The translations under genes were made by a program, and so were the position numbers. The notes under the pieces were generated by a model. The model did not search any database and was not told where the DNA came from. It saw only the letters and a list, made by a program, of their open reading frames with translations. Of a DNA stretch of 64,000 bases, positions 39,301 to 52,870 are shown in pieces. The first letter of the stretch is position 1; each line of letters begins with the position of its first letter. This DNA comes from Auanema rhodensis. Its lineage: Eukaryota > Animalia > Nematoda. Where the stretch lies: NCBI GenBank assembly GCA_964057225.1, contig OZ059899.1:19592001-19656000 (forward strand), given 5' to 3'.

Positions 39301-42300
39301 AATTGAATCTAACATGAGTTATTTTTTCGTTTTGAAAAGCATTGAATATCATTGTTCCTTGTAATATTGGATTTGATTATTGCTTTGTTAGCTTTATGAT
39401 TTTTGCTACTGTATAGCTTCAGTTTGCTGCTCTAGCTGGTTTTCAATTTTTATGAGATTTTGCATCATCTTACAACAAATTCAATTAAATCTAACATGAA
39501 ATATTTTTTCGTTTTGAAAAGCATTGAATATCATTGTTCCTTATAATATTGGATTTGAATATTGCTTCGTTAGTTTTATGATTTTTGCTACTACATGTCA
39601 TGTGTTTACTGCTCTAGCTGGATTTCAATTTTTATGAGATTTTTCATCATCTTACAACAAATTCAATTGAATCTAACATGAGTTATTTTTTCGTTTTGAA
39701 AAGCATTGAATATCATTGTTCCTTGTAATATTGGATTTGATTATTGCTTTGTTAGCTTTATGATTTTTGCTACTGTGTAGCTTCAGTTTGCTGCTCTAGC
39801 TGGTTTTCAATTTTTATGAGATATTTCATCATCTTACAACAAATTCAATCGAATCTAACATGAAATATTTTTTCGTTTTGAAAAGCATTGAATATCATTG
39901 TTCCTTGTAATATTGGATTTGATTATTGCTTTGTTAGCTTTATGATTTTTGCTACTGTGTAGCTTCAGTTTGCTGCTCTAGCTGGTTTTCAATTTTTATG
40001 AGATATTTCATCATCTTACAACAAATTCAATTGAATCTAACATGAAATATTTTTTCGTTTTGAAAAGCATTGAATATCATTGTTCCTTGTAATATTGGAT
40101 TTGATTATTGCTTTGTTAGCTTCATGATTTTTGCTACTGTATAGCTTCAGTTTGCTGCTCTAGCTGGTTTTCAATTTTTATGAGATTTTTCATCATCTTA
40201 CAAGAAATTCAATTGAATCTAACATGAATTTTTTTTTCGTTTTGAAAAGCATTGAATATCATTGTTCCTTGTAATATTGGATTTGAATATTGCTTCGTTA
40301 GTTTTATGATTTTTGCTACTATATGTCATTTGTTTACTGCTCTAGCTGCTGTTCACTTTTTATGAGATTTTTCATCATCTTACAACAAATTCAATTGAAT
40401 CTAACATGAAATATTTTTTCGTTTTGAAAAGCATTGAATATCATTGTTCCTTATAATATTGGATTTGAATATTGCTTCGATAGTTTTATGATTTTTGCTA
40501 CTACATGTCATGTGTTTACTGCTCTAGCTGGTTTTCAATTTTTATGAGATTTTTCATCATCTTACAACAAATTCAATTGAATCTAACATGAGTTATTTTT
40601 TCGTTTTGAAAAGCATTGAATATCATTGTTCCTTGTAATATTGGATTTGATTATTGCTTTGTTAGCTTTATGATTTTTGCTACTGTATAGCTTCAGTTTG
40701 CTGCTCTAGCTGGTTTTCAATTTTTATGAGATTTTGCATCATCTTACAACAAATTCAATTAAATCTAACATGAAATATTTTTTCGTTTTGAAAAGCATTG
40801 AATATCATTGTTCCTTATAATATTGGATTTGAATATTGCTTCGTTAGTTTTATGATTTTTGCTACTACATGTCATGTGTTTACTGCTCTAGCTGGATTTC
40901 AATTTTTATGAGATTTTTCATCATCTTACAACAAATTCAATTGAATCTAACATGAGTTATTTTTTCGTTTTGAAAAGCATTGAATATCATTGTTCCTTGT
41001 AATATTGGATTTGATTATTGCTTTGTTAGCTTTATGATTTTTGCTACTGTGTAGCTTCAGTTTGCTGCTCTAGCTGGTTTTCAATTTTTATGAGATATTT
41101 CATCATCTTACAACAAATTCAATTGAATCTAACATGAAATATTTTTTCGTTTTGAAAAGCATTGAATATCATTGTTCCTTGTAATATTGGATTTGAATAT
41201 TGCTTTGTTAGCTTTAAGATGTTTGCTTATGCATAGCTTCAGTTTGCTGCTCTAGCTGGTTTTCACTTTTTATGAGATTTTTCATCATCTTACAACAAAT
41301 TCAATTGAATCTAACATGAAATATTTTTTCGTTTTGAAAAGCATTGAATATCATTGTTCCTTATAATATTGGATTTGAATATTGCTTCGTTAGTTTTATG
41401 ATTTTTGCTACTGTATAGCTTCAGTTTGCTGCTCTAGCTGGTTTTCAATTTTTATGAGATTTTTCATCATCTTACAACAAATTCAATTGAATCTAACATG
41501 AGTTATTTTTTCGTTTTGAAAAGCATTGAATATCATTGTTCCTTGTAATATTGGATTTGATTATTGCTTTGTTAGCTTTATGATTTTTGCTACTGTGTAG
41601 CTTCAGTTTGCTGCTCTAGCTGGTTTTCAATTTTTATGAGATATTTCATCATCTTACAACAAATTCAATTGAATCTAACATGAAATATTTTTTCGTTTTG
41701 AAAAGCATTGAATATCATTGTTCCTTGTAATATTGGATTTGAATATTGCTTTGTTAGCTTTAAGATGTTTGCTTATGCATAGCTTCAGTTTGCTGCTCTA
41801 GCTGGTTTTCACTTTTTATGAGATTTTTCATCATCTTACAACAAATTCAATTGAATCTAACATGAAATATTTTTTCGTTTTGAAAAGCATTGAATATCAT
41901 TGTTCCTTATAATATTGGATTTGAATATTGCTTCGTTAGTTTTATGATTTTTGCTACTGTATAGCTTCAGTTTGCTGCTCTAGCTGGTTTTCAATTTTTA
42001 TGAGATTTTTCATCATCTTACAACAAATTCAATTGAATCTAACATGAAATATTTTTTCGTTTTGAAAAGCATTGAATATCTTTGTTCCTTGTAATATTAG
42101 ATTTGAATATTGCTTTGTTTGCTTTAAGATTTTTGCTACTACATGCCCTGTGTTTACTGCTCTAGCTAGTTTTCAATTTTTATGAGATTTTTCATCATCT
42201 TACAACAAATTCATTTGAATCTCATGTGAATTATTTTTTTTTTTAAAAAAGCATTGAATTTCATTGTTTCTTGTAATGATGGATTTGAATATTGCTTCGT

Positions 42301-45300
42301 TAGTTTTATGATTTTTGCTACTGTATAGCTTCAGTTTGCTGCTCTAGCTGGTTTTCAATTTTTATGAGATTTTTCATCATCTTACAACAAATTCAATTGA
42401 ATCTAACATGAAATATTTTTTCGTTTTGAAAAGCATTGAATATCATTGTTCCTTGTAATATTGGATTTGAATATTGCTTTGTTAGCTTTATGATTTTTGC
42501 TACTGTATAGCTTCAGTTTGCTGCTCTAGCTGGTTTTCAATTTTTATGAGATTTTTCATCATCTTACAACAAATTCATTTGAATCTAACATGAACTATTT
42601 TTTCGTTTCAAATAGTAGTGAATATCATTGTTTCTTGTAATATTGGATTTGAATATTGCTTTGTTTGCTTTAAGATTTTTGCTACTACATGCCCTGTGTT
42701 TACTGCTCTAGCTAGTTTTCAATTTTTATGAGATTTTTCATCATCTTACAACAAATTCATTTGAATCTCATGTGAATTATTTTTTTTTTTAAAAAAGCAT
42801 TGAATTTCATTGTTTCTTGTAATGATGGATTTGAATATTGCTTCGTTAGTTTTATGATTTTTGCTACTGTATAGCTTCAGTTTGCTGCTCTAGCTGGTTT
42901 TCAATTTTTATGAGATTTTTCATCATCTTACAACAAATTCAATTGAATCTAACATGAAATATTTTTTCGTTTTGAAAAGCATTGAATATCATTGTTCCTT
43001 GTAATATTGGATTTGAATATTGCTTTGTTAGCTTTAAGATGTTTGCTTATGCATAGCTTCAGTTTGCTGCTCTAGCTGGTTTTCACTTTTTATGAGATTT
43101 TTCATCATCTTACAACAAATTCAATTGAATCTCATGTGAATTATTTTTTTTTTTAAAAAAGCATTGAATTTCATTGTTTCTTGTAATGATGGTTTTGAAT
43201 ATTGCTTCGTTAGTTTTATGATTTTTGCTACTGTATAGCTTCAGTTTGCTGCTCTAGCTGGTTTTCAATTTTTATGAGATTTTTCATCATCTTACAACAA
43301 ATTCAATTGAATCTAACATGAAATATTTTTTCGTTTTGAAAAGCATTGAATATCATTGTTCCTTGTAATATTGGATTTGAATATTGCTTTGTTAGCTTTA
43401 AGATGTTTGCTTATGCATAGCTTCAGTTTGCTGCTCTAGCTGGTTTTCAATTTTTATGAGATTTTTCATCATCTTACAACAAATTCAATTGAATCTAACA
43501 TGAAATATTTTTTCGTTTTGAAAAGCATTGAATATCATTGTTCCTTGTAATATTGGATTTGAATATTGCTTTGTTAGCTTTATGATTTTTGCTACTGTAT
43601 AGCTTCAGTTTGCTGCTCTAGCTGGTTTTCAATTTTTATGAGATATTTCATCATCTTACAACAAATTCAATTGAATCTAACATGAAATATTTTTTCGTTT
43701 TGAAAAGCATTGAATATCATTGTTCCTTGTAATATTGGATTTGATTATTGCTTTGTTAGCTTCATGATTTTTGCTACTGTATAGCTTCAGTTTGCTGCTC
43801 TAGCTGGTTTTCAATTTTTATGAGATTTTTCATCATCTTACAACAAATTCAATTGAATCTAACATGAAATATTTTTTCGTTTTGAAAAGCATTGAATATC
43901 ATTGTTCCTTATAATATTGGATTTGAATATTGCTTCGATAGTTTTATGATTTTTGCTACTACATGTCATGTGTTTACTGCTCTAGCTGGTTTTCAATTTT
44001 TATGAGATTTTTCATCATCTTACAACAAATTCAATTGAATCTAACATGAGTTATTTTTTCGTTTTGAAAAGCATTGAATATCATTGTTCCTTATAATATT
44101 GGATTTGAATATTGCTTCGATAGTTTTATGATTTTTGCTACTACATGTCATGTGTTTACTGCTCTAGCTGGTTTTCAATTTTTATGAGATTTTTCATCAT
44201 CTTACAACAAATTCAATTGAATCTAACATGAGTTATTTTTTCGTTTTGAAAAGCATTGAATATCATTGTTCCTTGTAATATTGGATTTGATTATTGCTTT
44301 GTTAGCTTTATGATTTTTGCTACTGTATAGCTTCAGTTTGCTGCTCTAGCTGGTTTTCAATTTTTATGAGATTTTGCATCATCTTACAACAAATTCAATT
44401 AAATCTAACATGAAATATTTTTTCGTTTTGAAAAGCATTGAATATCATTGTTCCTTATAATATTGGATTTGAATATTGCTTCGATAGTTTTATGATTTTT
44501 GCTACTACATGTCATGTGTTTACTGCTCTAGCTGGTTTTCAATTTTTATGAGATTTTTCATCATCTTACAACAAATTCAATTGAATCTAACATGAGTTAT
44601 TTTTTCGTTTTGAAAAGCATTGAATATCATTGTTCCTTGTAATATTGGATTTGATTATTGCTTTGTTAGCTTTATGATTTTTGCTACTGTATAGCTTCAG
44701 TTTGCTGCTCTAGCTGGTTTTCAATTTTTATGAGATTTTGCATCATCTTACAACAAATTCAATTAAATCTAACATGAAATATTTTTTCGTTTTGAAAAGC
44801 ATTGAATATCATTGTTCCTTATAATATTGGATTTGAATATTGCTTCGTTAGTTTTATGATTTTTGCTACTACATGTCATGTGTTTACTGCTCTAGCTGGA
44901 TTTCAATTTTTATGAGATTTTTCATCATCTTACAACAAATTCAATTGAATCTAACATGAGTTATTTTTTCGTTTTGAAAAGCATTGAATATCATTGTTCC
45001 TTGTAATATTGGATTTGATTATTGCTTTGTTAGCTTTATGATTTTTGCTACTGTGTAGCTTCAGTTTGCTGCTCTAGCTGGTTTTCAATTTTTATGAGAT
45101 ATTTCATCATCTTACAACAAATTCAATCGAATCTAACATGAAATATTTTTTCGTTTTGAAAAGCATTGAATATCATTGTTCCTTGTAATATTGGATTTGA
45201 TTATTGCTTTGTTAGCTTTATGATTTTTGCTACTGTGTAGCTTCAGTTTGCTGCTCTAGCTGGTTTTCAATTTTTATGAGATATTTCATCATCTTACAAC

Positions 45301-48300
45301 AAATTCAATTGAATCTAACATGAAATATTTTTTCGTTTTGAAAAGCATTGAATATCATTGTTCCTTGTAATATTGGATTTGATTATTGCTTTGTTAGCTT
45401 CATGATTTTTGCTACTGTATAGCTTCAGTTTGCTGCTCTAGCTGGTTTTCAATTTTTATGAGATTTTTCATCATCTTACAAGAAATTCAATTGAATCTAA
45501 CATGAAATATTTTTTCGTTTTGAAAAGCATTGAATATCATTGTTCCTTATAATATTGGATTTGAATATTGCTTCGTTAGTTTTATGATTTTTGCTACTAT
45601 ATGTCATTTGTTTACTGCTCTAGCTGCTGTTCACTTTTTATGAGATTTTTCATCATCTTACAACAAATTCAATTGAATCTAACATGAAATATTTTTTCGT
45701 TTTGAAAAGCATTGAATATCATTGTTCCTTATAATATTGGATTTGAATATTGCTTCGTTAGTTTTATGATTTTTGCTACTACATGTCATGTGTTTACTGC
45801 TCTAGCTGGTTTTCAATTTTTATGAGATTTTTCATCATCTTACAACAAATTCAATTGAATCTAACATGAGTTATTTTTTCGTTTTGAAAAGCATTGAATA
45901 TCATTGTTCCTTGTAATATTGGATTTGATTATTGCTTTGTTAGCTTTATGATTTTTGCTACTGTATAGCTTCAGTTTGCTGCTCTAGCTGGTTTTCAATT
46001 TTTATGAGATTTTGCATCATCTTACAACAAATTCAATTAAATCTAACATGAAATATTTTTTCGTTTTGAAAAGCATTGAATATCATTGTTCCTTATAATA
46101 TTGGATTTGAATATTGCTTCGATAGTTTTATGATTTTTGCTACTACATGTCATGTGTTTACTGCTCTAGCTGGTTTTCAATTTTTATGAGATTTTTCATC
46201 ATCTTACAACAAATTCAATTGAATCTAACATGAGTTATTTTTTCGTTTTGAAAAGCATTGAATATCATTGTTCCTTGTAATATTGGATTTGATTATTGCT
46301 TTGTTAGCTTTATGATTTTTGCTACTGTGTAGCTTCAGTTTGCTGCTCTAGCTGGTTTTCAATTTTTATGAGATATTTCATCATCTTACAACAAATTCAA
46401 TTGAATCTAACATGAAATATTTTTTCGTTTTGAAAAGCATTGAATATCATTGTTCCTTGTAATATTGGATTTGAATATTGCTTTGTTAGCTTTAAGATGT
46501 TTGCTTATGCATAGCTTCAGTTTGCTGCTCTAGCTGGTTTTCACTTTTTATGAGATTTTTCATCATCTTACAACAAATTCAATTGAATCTAACATGAAAT
46601 ATTTTTTCGTTTTGAAAAGCATTGAATATCATTGTTCCTTATAATATTGGATTTGAATATTGCTTCGTTAGTTTTATGATTTTTGCTACTGTATAGCTTC
46701 AGTTTGCTGCTCTAGCTGGTTTTCAATTTTTATGAGATTTTTCATCATCTTACAACAAATTCAATTGAATCTAACATGAGTTATTTTTTCGTTTTGAAAA
46801 GCATTGAATATCATTGTTCCTTGTAATATTGGATTTGATTATTGCTTTGTTAGCTTTATGATTTTTGCTACTACATGCCCTGTGTTTACTGCTCTAGCTA
46901 GTTTTCAATTTTTATGAGATTTTTCATCATCTTACAACAAATTCATTTGAATCTCATGTGAATTATTTTTTTTTTTAAAAAAGCATTGAATTTCATTGTT
47001 TCTTGTAATGATGGATTTGAATATTGCTTTGTTAGCTTTATGATTTTTGCTACTGTTTAGCTTCAGTTTGCTGCTCTAGCTGGTTTTCAATTTTTATGAG
47101 ATTTTTCATCATCTTACAACAAATTCAATTGAATCTAACATGAATTATTTTTTCGTTTTGAAAAGCATTGAATATCATTGTTCCTTATAATATTGGATTT
47201 GAATATTGCTTCGTTAGTTTTATGATTTTTGCTACTGTATAGCTTCAGTTTGCTGCTCTAGCTGGTTTTCAATTTTTATGAGATTTTTCATCATCTTACA
47301 ACAAATTCAATTGAATCTAACATGAAATATTTTTTCGTTTTGAAAAGCATTGAATATCATTGTTCCTTGTAATATTGGATTTGAATATTGCTTTGTTAGC
47401 TTTATGATTTTTGCTACTGTATAGCTTCAGTTTGCTGCTCTAGCTGGTTTTCAATTTTTATGAGATTTTTCATCATCTTACAACAAATTCATTTGAATCT
47501 AACATGAACTATTTTTTCGTTTCAAATAGTAGTGAATATCATTGTTTCTTGTAATATTGGATTTGAATATTGCTTTGTTTGCTTTAAGATTTTTGCTACT
47601 ACATGCCCTGTGTTTACTGCTCTAGCTAGTTTTCAATTTTTATGAGATTTTTCATCATCTTACAACAAATTCATTTGAATCTCATGTGAATTATTTTTTT
47701 TTTTAAAAAAGCATTGAATTTCATTGTTTCTTGTAATGATGGATTTGAATATTGCTTTGTTAGCTTTATGATTTTTGCTACTGTTTAGCTTCAGTTTGCT
47801 GCTCTAGCTGGTTTTCAATTTTTATGAGATTTTTCATCATCTTACAACAAATTCATTTGAATCTAACATGAACTATTTTTTCGTTTCAAATAGTAGTGAA
47901 TATCATTGTTTCTTGTAATATTGGATTTGAATATTGCTTTGTTTGCTTTAAGATTTTTGCTACTACATGCCCTGTGTTTACTGCTCTAGCTAGTTTTCAA
48001 TTTTTATGAGATTTTTCATCATCTTACAACAAATTCATTTGAATCTCATGTGAATTATTTTTTTTTTTAAAAAAGCATTGAATTTCATTGTTTCTTGTAA
48101 TGATGGATTTGAATATTGCTTTGTTAGCTTTATGAATTTTTGCTACTGTATAGCTTCAGTTTGCTGCTCTAGCTGGTTTTCAATTTTTATGAGATTTTTC
48201 ATCATCTTACAACAAATTCTATTGAATCTAACATGAAATATTTTTTCGTTTTGAAAAGCATTGAATATCATTGTTCCTTATAATATTGGATTTGAATATT

Positions 48301-51300
48301 GCTTTGTTAGTTTTATGATTTTTGCTACTACATGTCATGTGTTTACTGCTCTAGCTGGTTTTCAATTTTTATGAGATTTTTCATCATCTTACAACAAATT
48401 CAATTGAATCTAACATGAATTATTTTTTCGTTTTGAAAAGCATTGAATATCATTGTTCCTTGTAATATTGGATTTGAATATTGCTTTGTTAGCTTTAAGA
48501 TGTTTGCTTATGCATAGCTTCAGTTTGCTGCTCTAGCTGGTTTTCACTTTTTATGAGATTTTTCATCATCTTACAACAAATTCAATTGAATCTAACATGA
48601 AATATTTTTTCGTTTTGAAAAGCATTGAATATCATTGTTCCTTATAATATTGGATTTGAATATTGCTTCGTTAGTTTTATGATTTTTGCTACTGTATAGC
48701 TTCAGTTTGCTGCTCTAGCTGGTTTTCAATTTTTATGAGATTTTTCATCATCTTACAACAAATTCAATTGAATCTAACATGAAATATTTTTTCGTTTTGA
48801 AAAGCATTGAATATCATTGTTCCTTGTAATATTGGATTTGAATATTGCTTTGTTAGCTTTATGATTTTTGCTACTGTATAGCTTCAGTTTGCTGCTCTAG
48901 CTGGTTTTCAATTTTTATGAGATTTTTCATCATCTTACAACAAATTCAATTGAATCTAACATGAAATATTTTTTCGTTTTGAAAAGCATTGAATATCATT
49001 GTTCCTTATAATATTGGATTTGAATATTGCTTCGTTAGTTTTATGATTTTTGCTACTGTATAGCTTCAGTTTGCTGCTCTAGCTGGTTTTCAATTTTTAT
49101 GAGATTTTTCATCATCTTACAACAAATTCAATTGAATCTAACATGAAATATTTTTTCGTTTTGAAAAGCATTGAATATCATTGTTCCTTGTAATATTGGA
49201 TTTGAATATTGCTTTGTTAGCTTTATGATTTTTGCTACTGTATAGCTTCAGTTTGCTGCTCTAGCTGGTTTTCAATTTTTATGAGATTTTTCATCATCTT
49301 ACAACAAATTCATTTGAATCTAACATGAAATATTTTTTCGTTTTAAAAAGCATTGAATATCATTGTTCCTTGTAATATTGGATTTGAATATTGCTTTGTT
49401 TGCTTTAAGATTTTTGCTACTACATGCCCTGTGTTTACTGCTCTAGCTAGTTTTCAATTTTTATGAGATTTTTCATCATCTTACAACAAATTCATTTGAA
49501 TCTCATGTGAATTATTTTTTTTTTTAAAAAAGCATTGAATTTCATTGTTTCTTGTAATGATGGATTTGAATATTGCTTTGTTAGCTTTATGATTTTTGCT
49601 ACTGTATAGCTTCAGTTTGCTGCTCTAGCTGGTTTTCAATTTTTATGAGATTTTTCATCATCTTACAACAAATTCAATTGAATCTAACATGAAATATTTT
49701 TTCGTTTTGAAAAGCATTGAATATCATTGTTCCTTGTAATATTGGATTTGAATATTGCTTTGTTAGCTTTAAGATGTTTGCTTATGCATAGCTTCAGTTT
49801 GCTGCTCTAGCTGGTTTTCAATTTTTATGAGATTTTTCATCATCTTACAACAAATTCAATTGAATCTAACATGAAATATTTTTTCGTTTTAAAAAGCATT
49901 GAATATCATTGTTCCTTGTAATATTGGATTTGAATATTGCTTTGTTTGCTTTAAGATTTTTGCTACTACATGCCCTGTGTTTACTGCTCTAGCTAGTTTT
50001 CAATTTTTATGAGATTTTTCATCATCTTACAACAAATTCATTTGAATCTCATGTGAATTATTTTTTTTTTTAAAAAAGCATTGAATTTCATTGTTTCTTG
50101 TAATGATGGATTTGAATATTGCTTTGTTAGCTTTATGATTTTTGCTACTGTATAGCTTCAGTTTGCTGCTCTAGCTGGTTTTCAATTTTTATGAGATTTT
50201 TCATCATCTTACAACAAATTCAATTGAATCTAACATGAAATATTTTTTCGTTTTGAAAAGCATTGAATATCATTGTTCCTTGTAATATTGGATTTGAATA
50301 TTGCTTTGTTAGCTTTAAGATGTTTGCTTATGCATAGCTTCAGTTTGCTGCTCTAGCTGGTTTTCAATTTTTATGAGATTTTTCATCATCTTACAACAAA
50401 TTCAATTGAATCTAACATGAAATATTTTTTCGTTTTGAAAAGCATTGAATATCATTGTTCCTTGTAATATTGGATTTGAATATTGCTTTGTTAGCTTTAA
50501 GATGTTTGCTTATGCATAGCTTCAGTTTGCTGCTCTAGCTGGTTTTCAATTTTTATGAGATTTTTCATCATCTTACAACAAATTCATTTGAATCTAACAT
50601 GAAATATTTTTTCGTTTTGAAAAGCATTGAATATCATTATTTCTTGTAATAATTGATTTGATTATTGCTTTGTTAGCTTTATGATTTTTGCTACTGTATA
50701 GCTTCAGTTTGCTGCTCTAGCTGGTTTTCAATTTTTATTAGATTTTTCACCATCTTGCAACAAATTCATTTGAATCTAATATGAACTATTTTTTCGTTTC
50801 AAATAGTAGTGAATATAATTGTTTCTTGTAATATTGGATTTGAATATTGCTTTGTTTGCTTTAAGATTTTTGCTACTACATGCCCTGTGTTTACTGCTCT
50901 AGCTAGTTTTCCATTTTTATGAGAATAATCGTCCTGTGACAACAAATTCATTTGAATCTAATATGAATTTTTTTTTTTTTAAAAAGCATTGAATTTCATT
51001 GTTTCTTGTAATGATGGATTTGAATATTGCTTTGTTACCTTTAACATTTTTGCTTCTGCATAGCTTCAGTTTGCTGCTTTAGCTGGTTTTCACTTTTTAT
51101 TAGATTTTTCATAATCTCACAACAAATTCAATTGAATCTAAGATGAATTATTTTTTCTTTTTAAAAAGCATTGAATATCATTATTTCTTGTAATAATTGA
51201 TTTGAATATTGCTTCGTTTGTTTTAAGATTTTGCTACTGCATAGCTTCAGTTTGCTGCTCTAGCTGGTTTTCTATTATTATGAGATTTTTCATAATCTTG

Positions 51301-52837
51301 CAACAAATTCATTTGAATCTAATATGATCTATTTTTTCGTTTCAAATAGTAGTGAATATAATTGTTTCTCGTAATATTGGATTTGAATATTACTTTGATA
51401 GTTATAAGATTTTTGCTACTATATGCCCTGTGTTTACTGCTCTAGCTAGTTTTCAATTTTTATTAGATTTTTCATAATCTTGCAACAAATTCATTTGAAT
51501 CTAATATGAACTATTTTTTCGTTTCAAATAGTAGTGAATATCATTGTTTCTTGTAATATTGGATTTGAATATTACTTTGATAGTTATAAGATTTTTGCTA
51601 CTACATGCCCTGTGTTTACTGCTCTAGCTAGTTTTCCATTTTTATGAGAATAATAGTCCTGTGACAACAAATTCATTTGAATCTAATATGAATTATTTTT
51701 TCTTTTTAAGAAGCATTGAATATCATTGTTTCTTGTAATGATGGATTTGAATATTGCTTCGTTAGCTTTATGATTTTTGCTACTACATGCCCTGTGTTTA
51801 CTGCTCTAGCTGGTTTTCTATTTTTATTAGATTTTTCATCATCTTGCTACAAATTCATTTGAATCTAATATGAACTATTTTTTCGTTTAGTAGTGAGTAT
51901 CATTGTTTCTTGTAATATTGGATTTGATTATTGCTTCGTTTGTTTTAAGATTTTCCTTCTGCATAGCTTCAGTGCTCTAGCTGGTTTTCCATTTTTATGA
52001 GATTTTTCATCATCTTACAACAAATTCATTTAAATCTAACATGAATTATTTTTTCGTTTGAAAAAGCATTGAATTTCATTGTTTCTTGTAATATTGGATT
52101 TGATTATTGCTTTGTTAGCTTTAAAATTTTTGCTACTACATGTCCTGTGTTTACTGCTCTAGCTGGTTTTCACTTTTTATGAGATTTTTCATCACTTACA
52201 AGAAATTCATTTAAATCTAACATGAATTGTTTTTTCGTTTTAAAAAGCATTGAATTTCATTGTTTCTGGTAATATTGGATTTGATTATTGCTTTGTTAGC
52301 TTTAAAATTTTTGCTACTACATGTCCTGTGTTTACTGCTCTAGCTGGTTTTCACTTTTTATGAGATTTTTCATCATTTTACAACAAATTCATTTAAATCT
52401 AACATGAATTGTTTTTTTCGTTTTAAAAAGCATTGAATTTCATTGTTTCTGGTAATATTGGATTTGATTATTGCTTCGTTTGTTTTAAGATTTTGCTTCT
52501 GCATAGCTTCAGTGCTCTAGCTGGTTTTCCATTTTTATGAGATTTTTCATCATCTTACAAGAAATTCAATTGAATCTAACATGAATTATTTTTTCGTTTT
52601 AAAAAGCATTGAATTTCATTGCTTCTTGTAATATTGGATTTGATTATTGCTTTGTTAGCTTTAAGATTTTTGCTACTACATGTGCTGTGTTTACTGCTCT
52701 AGCTGGTTTTCACTTTTTATGAGATTTTTCATCATCTTACAACAAATTCATTTAAATATAACATGAATTATTTTTTCGTTTGAAAAAGCATTGAATTTCA
52801 TTGTTTCTTGTAATATTGGATTTGATTATTGCTTCGT
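36299..52837 (+). repeat. Satellite array SatC (forward), 182-bp monomer, ~91 copies; homogeneous to ~50600, then diverged
   Basis: tgagatttttcatcatcttacaacaaattc recurs at 36359, 36541 ... 47643 (=36359+62x182). The first visible indel is +1 near 48135. Indels and private SNPs become frequent after ~50640. Confidence 0.99.
36900..46850 (+). repeat. SatC block duplications at 12-monomer (2184 bp) and 29-monomer (5278 bp) offsets
   Basis: Paired variants: tcaatcgaat 37661/39845/45123, caagaaattc 38017/40201/45479, atatgtcatttg 40321/45599, gtttgcttatgc 41221/46499. Confidence 0.85.
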
Positions 52838-52870
52838 ATTGCTTTGTTTATTTCTCTTATTTTTATTACT
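52827..52870. other. SatC orientation switch (inversion point) with a short tandem duplication and ~17-bp filler
   Basis: tattgcttcg (52827-52836) is followed by tattgctttgttt (52837-52849), then filler atttctcttatttttat (52850-52866), then reverse-strand SatC. Confidence 0.9.

Noticed and set aside
36299-52837. CRISPR-like reading of SatC (constant scaffold plus variable box)
   Set aside because: The variable box has only two main states with a few sub-alleles rather than unique spacers. The constant part is ~165 bp, and there are no cas genes or leader.
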